From contig JBJMMA010000221.1 in NCBI GenBank assembly GCA_045805065.1, forward strand, positions 1 through 25,459: 25,459 bases of DNA, in the 5' to 3' direction. Each line of letters opens with the position of its first letter. The stretch's first letter is position 1. Below are positions 9,196 to 23,446 of the stretch, in pieces. The DNA is from Bdellovibrionia bacterium. Its GTDB lineage: Bacteria; Bdellovibrionota; UBA1018. Both the position numbers and the translations under genes were made by a program. The notes below the pieces were generated by a model. The model ran no database searches. It was given only the letters and a program-made list of their open reading frames with translations, and was not told the DNA's origin.

Positions 9196-10050
9196 TCAGC
9201 GGTTTCTTTGAGCTTTACGTTCTCGGATGCGAACGAGTTTTACAGTGATCACATTCGGAGAAGGGTAGCTCGATTTTAGCGCCTCGTATGCACGGTAAGC
9301 GCCGTCTAAATCATCTAATTCTTCCAAGCAAGAAGCGATCCCGAACTTAGCCTGGGGCGCGAGCTTGCTGGAGGGATACTTTTTTATGAAGCCCTCAAAC
9401 ATCCGAATTGCCTCGTGATAAGACTGATTCGAATTCGCCGCGTTTTTGCCATCCGTGGACTGCTCGCCACGCGTATAATAAGCGACTCCCATTTCATAGG
9501 AAGCCTGCTCGGCATACGAGGAAGCAGGGAATTTTTCCCCAAGCTGCTTCCAGGTCTCAACAGCTTCCTTGAACTGCTTCAAGAAGAACTGAGACTTCCC
9601 GATTCGAAACAAAAACAGGGGAGCATCTTTATCTTGCGGCTTGATCTTAAGTAGTGCCTGGTACTGCTGGATCGCCTGGTCATATTGTTCAAGCTTCATG
9701 AAAAGGATTTCTCCGATTTGAAGCTGGGCCTCCCACGAAGTTTCAGGATCGCCTGAGACTTCAGCGTAGAGCCGGTATTTCTTGATCGCCTCTGTAGGCT
9801 GATTGAGGAAGAAGGCTTGGGTGGTGGCCGCTCTAAACAGAGCTTGAAGACCTAGTTTGCCCCGGGGATCGCGAGTGTGGACTTTTTCAAATTCATTGAC
9901 CGAGGCAGCGTAATTTCCTTCGGTCCAAAGCGTTTCAGCTAAAACGTACTGCTTTTTAGCGCTATTGAGGCCGCAGGCACTCAGTCCTGCGGCCATCATA
10001 ACGGAAACTACGACGAGTTTAAGCGTTTGCTGGAGGTGTAGCAGAGCCAT
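9196..10050 (-). CDS. tetratricopeptide-repeat lipoprotein (BamD/CpoB-like)
   Basis: Lipobox LSA-C and repeated TPR motifs (A...Y..L....[23 protein letters not shown]). The start is uncertain and overlaps the gyrA 3' end. Confidence 0.8.
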   Translation of the reverse strand: MALLHLQQTLKLVVVSVMMAAGLSACGLNSAKKQYVLAETLWTEGNYAASVNEFEKVHTRDPRGKLGLQALFRAATTQAFFLNQPTEAIKKYRLYAEVSGDPETSWEAQLQIGEILFMKLEQYDQAIQQYQALLKIKPQDKDAPLFLFRIGKSQFFLKQFKEAVETWKQLGEKFPASSYAEQASYEMGVAYYTRGEQSTDGKNAANSNQSYHEAIRMFEGFIKKYPSSKLAPQAKFGIASCLEELDDLDGAYRAYEALKSSYPSPNVITVKLVRIRERKAQRNR

Positions 10051-12550
10051 CCTCACTATCAGCGTTCTCGACCACCACAGCTGCTTCAGCCATGTATTCG
10101 AACGAAACGACCTTCTCGCCTTGGGCCATGTTCATCAGGCGCACGCCTTGAGCGGTACGGCCTTGTTCTGAGATCTCACCCACATGGATGCGGATCATCT
10201 GACCCTTGTCTGAAACAAGCATGATGTCATCTTTTGGAAGAACCTGACGAGCTCCCATGACATTGCCACGAGCCTCGTTCACGCACTTCATCGTGATGAT
10301 GCCTTTACCGCCGCGGCTTTGGCAGCGGTACTCAGATACCGGCGTGCGCTTTCCGTAACCACCATCGGTGACGGTGAGAATTTCAAACGGCTTCACTGGC
10401 TTGCCTTCAGCATCGACTTCGGTGCTCAAGACTTCCATTGCCATCACGCGATCGCCCTCATCCAAGCTCATGCCGATCACGCCGCGAGCCGCGCGACCCA
10501 TCGCACGTACATCTTCTTCAGGGAAGCGGATGCTCATGCCGTGTGAGGAACAGAGAAAGATCTCGTTCTTGCCGTTGGTGACCTTGGCGCCGACCAATTC
10601 GTCTTCATCATCGATGGAGATGGCGTTGATGCCAGCGTTACGGACGTTGCTGAACTCACTCAGAGCCGTCTTCTTGATCACGCCCTTTTTGGTGACCATG
10701 ATGACGAATTCATTATCAGTGAACTCACGAACCGGGAGAATCGCCTTGATCTTCTCGCCCGCTGCAAGCGAGATGAGATTGACGATCGCCTTACCCTTAG
10801 CACCACGGGATGCTTCTGGAATCTTATAGACCTTGAGCCAGTAGAGGCGGCCCTTATCCGAGAAGCAGAGGAGGTGATTCAGAGTGTTGGTTCGGTAAAT
10901 CGCCGTGACAAAGTCTTCGTCACCCGTGGTTACTCCGCGAATACCGCGGCCACCACGATGCTGACTCTTGAACTGGGCTGGATCCGAGCGTTTGACGTAG
11001 CCCGTATGGGTGATCGAAACGAGCGTTTCTTCGTCAGCAATCAGATCTTCGATTTCGAAATCAGTCGAACCGCCGACGATGATTTCCGTGCGGCGCTCAT
11101 CACCATACTTTTCTTTGATTTCAGTAAGCTCGTCTTTGATGATCTTGAAAACAAGAGACTCGCTTCCGAGAATCTTCTTCAGTTCTTCAATGAGAGCCAG
11201 GATCTGACGATACTCGTCGATGATCTTGTCGCGCTCAAGGCCGGTGAGACGTTGGAGACGCATATCCAAGATCGCTTGAGCTTGAAGAGCACTGAAACTA
11301 AAGCGATCCATCAAGCCGATCTTTGCTTCATCCGGAGACTTTGCTGCCTTGATGAGAGCGATGACTTCATCGATATTCTCAACCGCGCGCTTCAAGCCTT
11401 CCAAGATATGAGCGCGGGCTTCGGCTTTCTTAAGCTCAAACACCGTACGGCGAATGACAACTTCCTTACGATGCTCAACGAACGCCCAGATCATGTCGCG
11501 CAGGTTGAAGGTCTTTGGTTGCCCGTGATGAATCGCGAGCATGTTGATGCCAAAGTTTTCCTGAAGCTGCGTCATCTTATAAAGCTGATTGAGAATGACG
11601 TTTGAGTTTTCGCCCTTCTTGATCTCAATCACAATGCGCATGCCAGTGCGGTCGGACTCGTCTCTGAGGTCAGAGATGCCTTCAACGCGCTTATCGCGGA
11701 CAAGCTCAGCGACTTTCTCAATGAGCTTTGCCTTATTGACCATGTAAGGGATTTCGGTGATGACGATGCGTTCACGATCACCCTTGAAGGTTTCAATTTC
11801 AGCGCGGCCACGAATCGTCACCGAGCCGCGGCCCGTGCGATAAGCTTCGCGAATTGCGTTGCCACCGAACATCGTCGCAGCCGTCGGAAAATCCGGGCCC
11901 TTCACATACTCAAGCATTGCATTCGTGTCGAGCGCTGGATTGTCAATCAGAGCAACCGTTGCGTTGATCACTTCGGTAAGATTGTGCGGAGGAATATTGG
12001 TCGCCATACCGACGGCGATCCCGGTTCCGCCGTTCACCAGAAGATTTGGAAACTTGGCTGGAAGGACGCGTGGCTCAGTTAAGCTGTCGTCATAGTTCGG
12101 ACCGAAATCGACCGTCTCTTTATCGAGATCGGCCAGGAGCTCGTCCGTCATCTTTTCCATGCGGATTTCGGTGTAACGCATAGCTGCCGGCGAATCGCCG
12201 TCCACCGATCCGAAGTTTCCTTGGCCATCTACAAGAGGGTAGCGAAGGGAGAAGTCCTGGGCCATACGAACAATCGTGTCGTAGACCGCAACGTCACCGT
12301 GTGGATGGTATTTACCGATAACGTCCCCGACCACACGGGCCGACTTTTTGTAAGGCTTGTTGTGCGTGTTACCCAGGTCATACATCGCATAAAGCGCGCG
12401 ACGATGAACTGGCTTGAGTCCGTCACGAACATCAGGCAGCGCACGACCGACGATGACGCTCATCGCGTAGTCGAGGTACGCTCCACGCATTTCGTCTTCG
12501 ATATTTACCGAGACGACATTACTTCTTTCAGGTGTTTGAATTTCACTCAT
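10019..12550 (-). CDS. gyrA: DNA gyrase subunit A
   Basis: [24 protein letters not shown], catalytic AAMRYTE, GyrA-box QHRGGRG and C-terminal pinwheel repeats. Confidence 0.98.
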   Translation of the reverse strand: MSEIQTPERSNVVSVNIEDEMRGAYLDYAMSVIVGRALPDVRDGLKPVHRRALYAMYDLGNTHNKPYKKSARVVGDVIGKYHPHGDVAVYDTIVRMAQDFSLRYPLVDGQGNFGSVDGDSPAAMRYTEIRMEKMTDELLADLDKETVDFGPNYDDSLTEPRVLPAKFPNLLVNGGTGIAVGMATNIPPHNLTEVINATVALIDNPALDTNAMLEYVKGPDFPTAATMFGGNAIREAYRTGRGSVTIRGRAEIETFKGDRERIVITEIPYMVNKAKLIEKVAELVRDKRVEGISDLRDESDRTGMRIVIEIKKGENSNVILNQLYKMTQLQENFGINMLAIHHGQPKTFNLRDMIWAFVEHRKEVVIRRTVFELKKAEARAHILEGLKRAVENIDEVIALIKAAKSPDEAKIGLMDRFSFSALQAQAILDMRLQRLTGLERDKIIDEYRQILALIEELKKILGSESLVFKIIKDELTEIKEKYGDERRTEIIVGGSTDFEIEDLIADEETLVSITHTGYVKRSDPAQFKSQHRGGRGIRGVTTGDEDFVTAIYRTNTLNHLLCFSDKGRLYWLKVYKIPEASRGAKGKAIVNLISLAAGEKIKAILPVREFTDNEFVIMVTKKGVIKKTALSEFSNVRNAGINAISIDDEDELVGAKVTNGKNEIFLCSSHGMSIRFPEEDVRAMGRAARGVIGMSLDEGDRVMAMEVLSTEVDAEGKPVKPFEILTVTDGGYGKRTPVSEYRCQSRGGKGIITMKCVNEARGNVMGARQVLPKDDIMLVSDKGQMIRIHVGEISEQGRTAQGVRLMNMAQGEKVVSFEYMAEAAVVVENADSEDGSATPPANA

Positions 12551-12576
12551 AAATTTTCACTTATCCTTCGCAAATC

Positions 12577-17274
<4,698 letters not shown>

Positions 17275-17298
17275 ATTTTCACTTTTTAGAGGGCACTT

Positions 17299-17328
17299 TG
17301 TGGATAGTGTGGATAACTTTGTGGATAT
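17299..17328 (-). promoter_or_regulatory. DnaA-box triplet in the dnaN-recF spacer
   Basis: TGTGGATAG (17299), TGTGGATAA (17308) and TGTGGATAT (17320). Confidence 0.8.
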
Positions 17329-17333
17329 CTCAA

Positions 17334-18440
17334 CTAAATGCGCATCGGCATGATCACGTAAGTGTGATTCAAGCTTCCGCTTCCACGAAGGATACCTGGG
17401 CTCAAACGATCCTTGATGTGAAGTTCCAAGCCTTCAGAGTTCATCACGTTCAAGCAATCAAGAAGGTATTTGGAATTGAATCCAATATCCATCGCATCGC
17501 CTGAGTAATCCACATCGAGCTCTTCACGAGCTTCACCCATGTCTGGATTGCTTGAAGAGATCACCAGGGAGCCTTTTTGAAGAGCGAGCTTCACGCCGCG
17601 GCTCTTTTCATGCGCAAGAAGGCTGACGCGTTTCAATGCATGAGTGAAGGTTTCACGATCCATCTTCACAACGCGATCGGTAGCCTTTGGAATCACCAGG
17701 CGGTAATCAGGATATTCACCATCGATGAGGCGAACAAAAAGATAAGAGCCGTTCAAGCGAAGGAAAATATATCCACGCTCAAATGCGAGACCAATGGTGG
17801 ATTCACCTTGGCTCATGAGCTTCTTGATTTCAGTGAGTCCCTTCTTAGGAACAATGATGCCGCGCTTGAGTTCCGGCATCTTGAGGAAAACTTCTGAATC
17901 AACAAACGACAGACGATGACCATCGGTTGCAGTCATACGCATCACGCCGTTCTCAAGATGTTCAAAGAAGACACCATTGAGGTGATAGCGAGTTGCATCG
18001 GTAGAGACTGCGAACTCAGTGCGAGTGATCATGTCAGTGAGAGCTTCTGTTCTGACATCAAAGTAAGCCTTGTCTTCAAACGTTGGAAGAGAAGGATACT
18101 CGTCAGCAGAAAGGCTCACGATGTTGAACTTTGATTTACCGCAAACGATCTCAACCCAGTTGTTGTCTTTGCGAGTGATGTGAAGCGGCTTCTCAGGAAG
18201 CTCTTTCACGATATCGAGAAAATGTTTTGCAGAGAGAGTGATCTTGCCTTCTTGGGCTGCCTCTACTGGAAGAGTGACTTTGATTCCGACTTCAAGGTCG
18301 GTTGCACAAAGTGAAAGCTCATTCTTCTGAACAACGCAGAGGATGTTGCCAAGGATCTGAACAGTATTCTTTTTTTCGACAACGGATTGAACCTGTTGGA
18401 GTGCATCCAAAAGTGGTTCGCGTTGGATTGTAAAATTCAT
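17334..18440 (-). CDS. dnaN: DNA polymerase III beta sliding clamp
   Basis: 368 aa with ATDLEVG, ATDGHRL, RLIDGEYPDY, IGFNSKYLLD and C-terminal VIMPMRI. SD GAGGGGG upstream. Confidence 0.97.
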   Translation of the reverse strand: MNFTIQREPLLDALQQVQSVVEKKNTVQILGNILCVVQKNELSLCATDLEVGIKVTLPVEAAQEGKITLSAKHFLDIVKELPEKPLHITRKDNNWVEIVCGKSKFNIVSLSADEYPSLPTFEDKAYFDVRTEALTDMITRTEFAVSTDATRYHLNGVFFEHLENGVMRMTATDGHRLSFVDSEVFLKMPELKRGIIVPKKGLTEIKKLMSQGESTIGLAFERGYIFLRLNGSYLFVRLIDGEYPDYRLVIPKATDRVVKMDRETFTHALKRVSLLAHEKSRGVKLALQKGSLVISSSNPDMGEAREELDVDYSGDAMDIGFNSKYLLDCLNVMNSEGLELHIKDRLSPGILRGSGSLNHTYVIMPMRI

Positions 18441-18562
18441 AATGACTAGCCCCCTCTGACGTCTTCTCTATCCCTTATAAGCCCTGAGGTCTGAAGTCCA
18501 GAGGGGATATCAGATGTTTGCCCATATGTTTGTAATGAAAGAGGGGTCTCTTAAGAAGATAC

Positions 18563-18614
18563 TTATATATATAAATACTAGTAGTCGTAGTAGAGCGTGT
18601 GGATAAGTGGATAA
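18563..18614 (+). promoter_or_regulatory. DNA unwinding element: AT cluster + DnaA-trios + GC spacer + tandem DnaA boxes
   Basis: TTATATATATAAATA-C-TAG TAG TCG TAG TAG-AGCG-TGTGGATAA-GTGGATAA, the same architecture as the Bacillus subtilis basal unwinding system. Confidence 0.8.
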
Positions 18615-19002
18615 CTCATCTATCTCTTTGAAACGAAAAAAGAATTCGTGTTGATAAAGGTGGGGATAATCGGTGTGGATAACTGGATAACTTTGGGGAT
18701 AACTTCCTATCAGACGGCTAAACAGGGTTATCAACAGGTTATCCACAGAAGTTTGTGGATTGTTTTCTTATCCTGAATGGCTCACTCAGTTATTGACGCC
18801 AAAAGTCATTCTTTTGAGATCAGTTTTCAAAGTTATCCACAAAGACCGACTCTGGACGCAGGTATTTGTTTTTATAGTAACACTGTAGAAACGTGTGGAT
18901 AACTGGATAACTCTATAAATACCTGCAATTAAAGGAAAATAGGTCTGAGTTCCTGTGGATAATTACGTGGACAACCCTGTGGATAGAATGGGGATGAAAA
19001 AG

Positions 19003-19046
19003 TTATCCACAAGTTATCCACATAGTTATCCACATAGTTATCCACA
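19003..19046 (+). repeat. tandem array of four perfect DnaA boxes (AGTTATCCACA unit; spacing 11, 12, 12 bp)
   Basis: ttatccaca-ag-ttatccaca-tag-ttatccaca-tag-ttatccaca. Confidence 0.9.
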
Positions 19047-19133
19047 AAAAATTGATTCTTAATTTATTTGGTCAAATTCTAGACGCTATTACGCTCAAAT
19101 TTATAGTGGAGTATTCCGATAAGTTATTTTGGA

Positions 19134-20933
19134 ATGAGTCCTCGCGTTGGCTTCAAACACTTCTATTTCAGCCTTCTGATCCTGTTAGGATCACTGTCCT
19201 TAAGTTCTCTTGCGCAGGATAAGTACAGGGGCGAACCCAATCTGTACCCTTGGGAGTTTGAACAAGTTTCAAGCGGCTTAAAGATTGGGTCCGAAAATGG
19301 GGCAAAGGTCGGTCCGGATACAACACCTTGCTGGTCTTGTGACTCAAGCGCTATGCCCAAACCCAGTTGCTCTCAGATGGCAGATCAGTTTTGTGGGCAG
19401 CTTTGGTCGTCCAAGAATAAGGGCAATATCGATGTTCCGTCTGGCCGCATTCGGTACGGTAAATCTGAAAAGAGTGATCTGAGCCAAGCTAGAAAAGCGG
19501 ATCTTGATGCTTTGGCTGATTCCCTGCTGCGGCTTCCCGAAGATCTTCGCTCCAAGGTCACCCCATCTCTTTTGAAACTTAAGACTTTGATGGGTCAAGA
19601 GCAGGACGCCGAGAGTTGGTACAACGCGGTCAATGAGGCTGAGAATGAGTTTTGGGCTCAGGCTAAAGAGGTTTCAAAGCAACGTGTAATCAAAAGGTAT
19701 CCAAAATTAGATCACACTGAAGTGTCGAAACTTACGATTGAGCAGCGCGCCGCTTTTGTCACATCATTTTGGGATATCAAAAACGAGATCACCGCAGCCA
19801 AGTATGAGAGGCATCCAAATTGGCTTCGTGTGGTGCAGATGTTCAAGCAAGCTAAGAAAGATTTATTAGATGAAATATCTAAATGGAATCTGCCCTCTGA
19901 GCTCAAGAAAAAACTGATAGCAAAGGTCGATAAAATCTCTCTTAAATTGCCCTCTGCAGATCCTAGAGTTGCCGATAATGATCCTGATCTGATGAACTGC
20001 GCGACGACGGAGAACAACGCATTTTACTCTGATCGGCATCGTCATCTCACCATGTGCGCAGGGGAATTTAATTCTGAATTAACCGACGCCACAGTGTATG
20101 CGACTCTCGCGCATGAACTTGGGCATTCCATTGATTCTGATGCAATAGCATCGGATCTGTTTATGGAAACGCCGGCAGGAAGAGTGGTGGATCGGTTTTG
20201 CAACGCCCAGGGACCGGTTTATTCTTGTGCCGAGTGGAGTCATCTGAAGAAAAGCGTCTTAGTGGAGCCTCACACGGTTTCAGAGCCCACCTCACCTATA
20301 CGAAAGCTCACAAGCTGTCTTGTATCAGAGTCGGGCCTTAATCCTTTTGAGTATAAGGCTATTCGAAAGGTAGCCCGGCAAGAGGCATTCAATAGTATGA
20401 AGTCGATTACTTCGAAAAATGAGTTTCAGCTGCGTTTGCGCCCTGATCGTTTGAGAGCTGTGAGTGAAGGATATGTCTTTTTTCAGAAGTATTGTGATGG
20501 GGACACATCGATTTACAACGAGCTCATCGCTCAAGAGCTGAGTTGCAAAGTGACTTTCAAAGAAGCTTTGAAAAAGGTTGAGTCGATTGGGACTGCGTTG
20601 AATGAGCTGAAGTACTCCTTTTGTGGGCGAGACTGCAGGGATCTTACGAAGGAAAAGCTTTCCCGCGTAACGTTTGAAGAAACGGCAGACTGGGTAGCAA
20701 ACAAGTTAACGATTGCCTTTATCAAACGGAATTCGTCTTTAGCCGCGCGCCGCGAATCATTGTTTGTAAGCGTAGCTGGCTTCTGTGCATCTCCAGATTG
20801 GGTTGAAGTTGAAGACGAACATTCTTCAAACCGTTCTAGAATATTGTCGGCGTTTTCGCCCGAGGTTACACTGCTTGTAGGGTGTGAGCCCGATAAAGAG
20901 ATAGAGAAATCGAGAGCAAAATGCGATCTGTAG
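19134..20933 (+). CDS. secreted Cys-rich zinc metallopeptidase, M13 (neprilysin)-like
   Basis: Signal peptide, NAFY motif, HELGH (HEXXH), downstream EETAD (ExxAD) and C-terminal HSSNRSR; 16 Cys. Confidence 0.7.
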   Translation: MSPRVGFKHFYFSLLILLGSLSLSSLAQDKYRGEPNLYPWEFEQVSSGLKIGSENGAKVGPDTTPCWSCDSSAMPKPSCSQMADQFCGQLWSSKNKGNIDVPSGRIRYGKSEKSDLSQARKADLDALADSLLRLPEDLRSKVTPSLLKLKTLMGQEQDAESWYNAVNEAENEFWAQAKEVSKQRVIKRYPKLDHTEVSKLTIEQRAAFVTSFWDIKNEITAAKYERHPNWLRVVQMFKQAKKDLLDEISKWNLPSELKKKLIAKVDKISLKLPSADPRVADNDPDLMNCATTENNAFYSDRHRHLTMCAGEFNSELTDATVYATLAHELGHSIDSDAIASDLFMETPAGRVVDRFCNAQGPVYSCAEWSHLKKSVLVEPHTVSEPTSPIRKLTSCLVSESGLNPFEYKAIRKVARQEAFNSMKSITSKNEFQLRLRPDRLRAVSEGYVFFQKYCDGDTSIYNELIAQELSCKVTFKEALKKVESIGTALNELKYSFCGRDCRDLTKEKLSRVTFEETADWVANKLTIAFIKRNSSLAARRESLFVSVAGFCASPDWVEVEDEHSSNRSRILSAFSPEVTLLVGCEPDKEIEKSRAKCDL

Positions 20934-21313
20934 TATTTCTGAGCAACTTATTAGCAGCCTTTACATTTTGCATGAGTGCTTTGGCTGGAAACATCAAAGT
21001 TCCAGACCAACACTTCTTCCTTGAGATTAAGTCGCGCCACGGAAAACCAGAATGGTACAAAGTCTATCAGCGCGGAAAAGAATGGATCTGCCAGACAGAA
21101 TCCAATCCGTTTTATAAAGCCAAAGGAAATCCTCTTGCTCATCTCGACTGGAAGGCTTTGGGCGAAGAAACCAAGTCTACGGAGTGTAAGTTTGGCGTGC
21201 ACATCCGCGACACGCGTTCAAGGCCAGCGCACGATGTGGAAGGGTGCGCCCGTAAAAACGAAGCGTTACATCAGCTCATTGAAGATCTGAACGCTTCGTG
21301 CCGAGCCGGATAA
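20921..21313 (+). CDS. hypothetical secreted protein (4 Cys in the mature part)
   Basis: 130 aa with signal peptide MRSVVFLSNLLAAFTFCMSALA. It overlaps the peptidase stop by 13 bp. Confidence 0.7.
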   Translation: MRSVVFLSNLLAAFTFCMSALAGNIKVPDQHFFLEIKSRHGKPEWYKVYQRGKEWICQTESNPFYKAKGNPLAHLDWKALGEETKSTECKFGVHIRDTRSRPAHDVEGCARKNEALHQLIEDLNASCRAG

Positions 21314-21334
21314 ATTCGCGGACTGGTTTTTGGC

Positions 21335-21754
21335 TTAAGTGCGCGAAGGAGCGTTCGTGCGAATATAGTCGACGACTTCTTGAAGTCCAGCGCCCGGCGT
21401 GAAGACCATGTGAACGCCGCAGCCCTTGAGAAGCGGGATATCTTCGTCCGGAATGATGCCGCCGACAACAAAGAGAGCGTCTTCAAGGCCAGCCGTCTTG
21501 ATGCCAGAAACGATTTCTGGAACCAACGCATTGTGAGCGCCAGAAAGAATGCTCAGGCCAACGACGTGAACGTCTTCTTGAATCGCGGCGTTGATGACCA
21601 TCTCAGGAGTCTGATGAAGGCCAGTGTAGATCACTTCAAATCCTGCATCGCGGAGAGCGCGGGCAATGACTTTTGCTCCGCGATCATGGCCATCGAGGCC
21701 TGGTTTTGCGACGAGAACGCGAACTTTTTCGTTTGGTGATCCTGTTGCCATCAT
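21335..21754 (-). CDS. icmB: acyl-CoA mutase small (cobalamin-binding) subunit, IcmB-like
   Basis: AKPGLDGHDRGAK (DxHxxG), GLSILSGAH and GGIIP; 3 bp downstream of the large subunit gene. Confidence 0.85.
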   Translation of the reverse strand: MMATGSPNEKVRVLVAKPGLDGHDRGAKVIARALRDAGFEVIYTGLHQTPEMVINAAIQEDVHVVGLSILSGAHNALVPEIVSGIKTAGLEDALFVVGGIIPDEDIPLLKGCGVHMVFTPGAGLQEVVDYIRTNAPSRT

Positions 21755-21757
21755 ACT

Positions 21758-23446
21758 TTAGAAACTCCCTGCTTCCCGGTATTCTCCGAAAACACCACGC
21801 AACGTATCACAGACTTCTTGAAGAGTCGCGTACGCTTTTACGGCGCCAATAATCGGTTCCATCAGGTTTTGACCTGCTTGCGCGGCTTCCTTCACGCGGC
21901 GTAGAGCCTCTTGGTGCTCACGAGCGTTTCTTTTGCGCTTAAGCTCGGCCAATTTCTTGATTTGGCGCTCTTCAACAGAGCGGTCAATGTAAAGAGTTTC
22001 CAGCGCGCGCTTCGGCTCTTTCATCTGGTACTTGTTGACGCCCACCATGACCTTCTCTTTTTTCTCGAGAAGCTGTTGGAAGTGATAAGCGCTGTTTGCA
22101 ATCTCAGCTTGAGGGAATCCGTTCTCGACGGCTTGGACAATACCGCCCATCTCGTCGATCTTGCGGATGTATTCCATGGTTTCGCGCTCAACACGATTGG
22201 TGAGCGTTTCCATGAAGTATGATCCACCAAATGGATCCACAACGTTGGCGACGCCCGTCTCTTCAGCAATGATCTGCTGGGTGCGAAGAGCGATCATGAC
22301 AGCTTCGTCCGTAGGGAGAGCCAATGTCTCATCCATGCTGTTAGTGTGAAGCGAGTTCGTTCCACCCATGATCGCAGCCAGAGCCTGAACAGCCACACGA
22401 ACAATGTTATTGTAAGGCTGTTGAGCGGTCAAAGAGACGCCTGCGGTTTGAGCGTGCGTTCTGAGCATCCAGGATTTTGGATCCTTGGCGCCGTAACGAT
22501 CACGCATGAGGCGCGCCCAGATGCGACGTGCTGCGCGGAACTTGGCGATCTCTTCAAAGAAGTCGTTATGGACGTCAAAGAAGAAGGAGAGGCGAGGAGC
22601 AAAGTCATCGATCTTCATTCCACGCTTGAGGCAAGAGTCAACGTAGCCCAGTCCATCGGAGAGGGTGAATGCAAGCTCTTGCACGGCAGTCGCTCCAGCT
22701 TCACGAATATGATATCCGCTGATGCTGACCGTGTTCCAGTTTGGATAATGCTTGGTGCAGTACTCAATCGTGTCAGTCACAAGCTCAACAGCTGGGACGA
22801 CAGGAAAGAGCCACTCTTTTTGAGCGATGTATTCTTTGAGGATATCGTTTTGAAGAGTGCCGCGAACCTTCTCTTTTGGCACGCCTTGCTTCTCGGCAAC
22901 AGCCATGTACATCGCGAGAATCACAATGGCTGGGCCATTGATCGTCATGGATGTCGTGACTTCGCCCAGTGGGATTCCGCTGAAAAGCGTTTCCATGTCC
23001 TCAAGCGAGGAAACAGCCACGCCGCATTTTCCGACTTCGCCTTTACCCTTGGGGCTATCCGCATCGTAGCCCATGAGTGTTGGCATATCGAACGCGGTTG
23101 AGAGACCGGTTTGACCGTGCTCAAGAAGAAGCTTAAAGCGCTTGTTTGTGTCTTCAGCGCTCGCAAAGCCCGCGAACTGGCGCATGGTCCAGAGTTTTCC
23201 GCGGTACATATTGCGTTGAACACCGCGGGTGTAAGGATACTCGCCTGGGAAACCCAGATCATTCAGATAATCGAAACCTTCACGCTCAAGATCCGCTGGA
23301 GTTCCCATTAGTGGGACATCCATATCGCTCCATGTGGTGAAGCGAGCTGGGCGAGGAGGAACTTTAGCTTCGGAAGCCTTCAGCTTTTGTTCCCATTCCG
23401 CCTGTGCTTTTTTGATCTCGTCGAGATTGTTTTTCTTATCAGACAT
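21758..23446 (-). CDS. icmA: acyl-CoA mutase large subunit, isobutyryl-CoA mutase type
   Basis: MCM-family barrel ([28 protein letters not shown]). It has RQFAGF (Phe91) and KEYIAQKEW (Gln209) where methylmalonyl-CoA mutase has Tyr and Arg. The ATG at 23446 overlaps the upstream stop. Confidence 0.8.
   Translation of the reverse strand: MSDKKNNLDEIKKAQAEWEQKLKASEAKVPPRPARFTTWSDMDVPLMGTPADLEREGFDYLNDLGFPGEYPYTRGVQRNMYRGKLWTMRQFAGFASAEDTNKRFKLLLEHGQTGLSTAFDMPTLMGYDADSPKGKGEVGKCGVAVSSLEDMETLFSGIPLGEVTTSMTINGPAIVILAMYMAVAEKQGVPKEKVRGTLQNDILKEYIAQKEWLFPVVPAVELVTDTIEYCTKHYPNWNTVSISGYHIREAGATAVQELAFTLSDGLGYVDSCLKRGMKIDDFAPRLSFFFDVHNDFFEEIAKFRAARRIWARLMRDRYGAKDPKSWMLRTHAQTAGVSLTAQQPYNNIVRVAVQALAAIMGGTNSLHTNSMDETLALPTDEAVMIALRTQQIIAEETGVANVVDPFGGSYFMETLTNRVERETMEYIRKIDEMGGIVQAVENGFPQAEIANSAYHFQQLLEKKEKVMVGVNKYQMKEPKRALETLYIDRSVEERQIKKLAELKRKRNAREHQEALRRVKEAAQAGQNLMEPIIGAVKAYATLQEVCDTLRGVFGEYREAGSF

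Larger units (their letters stand above)
18441..19133. other. chromosomal replication origin oriC (DnaA-box cluster)
   Basis: AT-rich non-coding region. Perfect TTATCCACA/TGTGGATAA boxes at 18598, 18674, 18739, 18833, 18894, 18954, 19003, 19014, 19026 and 19038, plus near-matches (e.g. 18649, 18661, 18694, 18728, 18978). It lies immediately upstream of dnaN. Confidence 0.9.

Noticed and set aside
10874..11605. Long antisense ORFs over gyrA (similar ones over pgm, uvrA, gyrB and icmA)
   Set aside because: Shadow frames expected from codon bias in conserved genes, with no recognisable motifs.
18510..18746. 78-aa minus-strand ORF inside the origin (possible dnaA remnant)
   Set aside because: Its sequence (SYPQSYP, LST) is just translated DnaA boxes, with no AAA+ or domain IV motifs.
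18598..19046. Repeats as a CRISPR array or plasmid iterons
   Set aside because: The units are 9-mers matching the DnaA box, in both orientations and with irregular spacing. There are no cas or rep genes.
21758..23446. Annotation as methylmalonyl-CoA mutase
   Set aside because: It lacks the Tyr and Arg carboxylate-binding residues, having Phe and Gln instead.
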